NCBI RefSeq assembly: GCF_964355755.1
Contig: NC_092672.1
Location: forward strand, 15,004,001-15,068,000
Direction: 5' to 3'
Length of the DNA stretch: 64,000 nucleotides
Source of the DNA: Antedon mediterranea
Lineage: Eukaryota; Animalia; Echinodermata
Positions 62,811-64,000 of this stretch are shown piece by piece (within the stretch, counting starts at the first letter, position 1; each line of letters starts with the position of its first letter). Made by a program: the position numbers and the translations under genes. Below the pieces are notes generated by a model. That model was not told the DNA's origin. It made no database searches and was given only the letters and a program-made list of their open reading frames with translations.

Positions 62811-63079
62811 ATTCTCTACCTTTAAGCATTCCTAACTCTTACAATTTCTTCTCCTTTCAATCTCTTTTGAAAAAACATCTGTCTCTCTGATATTATTTCT
62901 TAATTATCCTTCTTACATAGTGGGCCTATACTGTATATTTATATTAATTTTTTATATACAGTATTTGTTAAATTTGTATTTTTATAGTTTATTTTGTATT
63001 TACTGTTTGTATTGTTTAAGGGTCGGTAATGATCTGGATGGATCACCCTTATTAAATATTGTTGAAATAAAAAAGTGTG

Positions 63080-63651
63080 TGACTCTCGTATGCTAGCGGC
63101 TGACCGCTTTGGCTTAGTATAGCTCCGCTTGGGCTTGGGTCAGTTATGATTGTTGATTTTTTTTCTGAATCGAAGTAGGCCATGATGCGCAAGCTGATTA
63201 GCGTTTTTTAAGTGTGTCGATTGCTGTTTATTCTTCTTTACCCCAGGACCATGGTGTGTTTTTGTGGGTAAGTTTTCTAAGCGGCGTTGTTATGGTAGCG
63301 TAGTTTTGAATTAATAGAGCGACGTATTTTGTCATGCCTAGGAGTGATCGCATTTGTTCTTTAGAGGTCGGTGCTGCTGCCTCTTGAAGTGGGGCAATCT
63401 TTTTAGGATCTGGTGATACTTCGGTATCACTAAAAATTCAATGCTGCGTTTGAAGAATTCACACTTCACGTTTTGAGATTACTGGCATGTTCAGCTTCTG
63501 TGTTACCAAACACTAATATGTCGCTTATATGTATGACCCCTTTTAGTCCACCTAGCGCAGATTGAATAACGTTTCGAAATTTTTCTGCTGCTGAGCAAAC
63601 TCCAAAGCAATCGTTTATACCTGAAGAGCCCAACGTGTGTCGAGAAGACAG
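63080..63651 (-). pseudogene. Decayed Gypsy RT/RNase H fragment
   Basis: FSTHVGLFRYKRL / FGVCSAAEKFRNVIQSALGGLKGVIHISDILVFG (degenerate YxDD-type region); frameshifts and stops. Confidence 0.85.
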
Positions 63652-63653
63652 TA

Positions 63654-64000
63654 CCGTATTTTCCGGAGTATAGGTCGAGACTTTGTGGGAAAATTTTAAT
63701 TGCAAAATCGGGGGGTCGACTTATACTCCGACCATGCGATTTTTGAAAAAAATCAAGCCGAAAAAATTCGTTCAAAAGCCGTCAGCTGTCAAGGCCTAGC
63801 AAGGTCAGTGGCCTATCATCAATCACTCACAGGAGTTTTCAATTTAATAATACCTACATTGTACAAAATAATACAACTCCAACAAGTACTGGTACAAGTA
63901 CTATTAATATATAACAAAGATTAATTTTGATGTTTATATTACGCTTTTATTAAAATAATTAAGAATAAATAGTTTTCGTTTGTGTTTCATATGCTTCGTA
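63654..64000. mobile_element. Left end of a Tc1/mariner (pogo-like) element interrupting the Gypsy RT; may run off the window
   Basis: TA-CCGTATTTTCCGGAGTATAGGTCGA terminus with internal inverted GTCGACTTATACTCC. Confidence 0.7.

Noticed and set aside
1697-63924. Remaining 60-120 aa ORFs in the track
   Set aside because: Low-complexity AT-rich translations, mostly inside non-coding MITEs, many with non-ATG starts and no recognisable motifs.

Overview
AT-rich eukaryotic (metazoan) genomic DNA. The repeat families suggest a marine invertebrate, possibly an echinoderm, but that is inference only. There are no prokaryotic operons or CRISPR arrays. Only one convincing intact protein-coding sequence is present: a single-exon type I membrane protein with three Ig domains and a nectin-like C-terminal -VYV motif (32905-34296, minus strand), lying in a repeat-poor island of about 7 kb. 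The rest is densely filled with transposon remnants. Non-autonomous DNA elements whose termini and target-site duplications (TSDs) can be read directly include Tc1/mariner-pogo, piggyBac, hAT-like, PIF/Harbinger, MULE, Kolobok, Ginger-like and an unclassified CCCGGG-terminal family. Helentron-type HINEs, decayed LINE fragments (RTE, Rex/Babar, L2/CR1), Gypsy fragments, a solo LTR, a Penelope-like 3' end with a minimal-hammerhead-like motif, tRNA-derived SINE heads and several minisatellites are also present. The most unusual pattern is about 30 copies of the palindrome TAGGCCTA. In several paralogous repeat pairs it replaces a plain TA, consistent with widespread excision footprints of a TA-targeting transposon not seen in the window. 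All coordinates and counts were read by eye.
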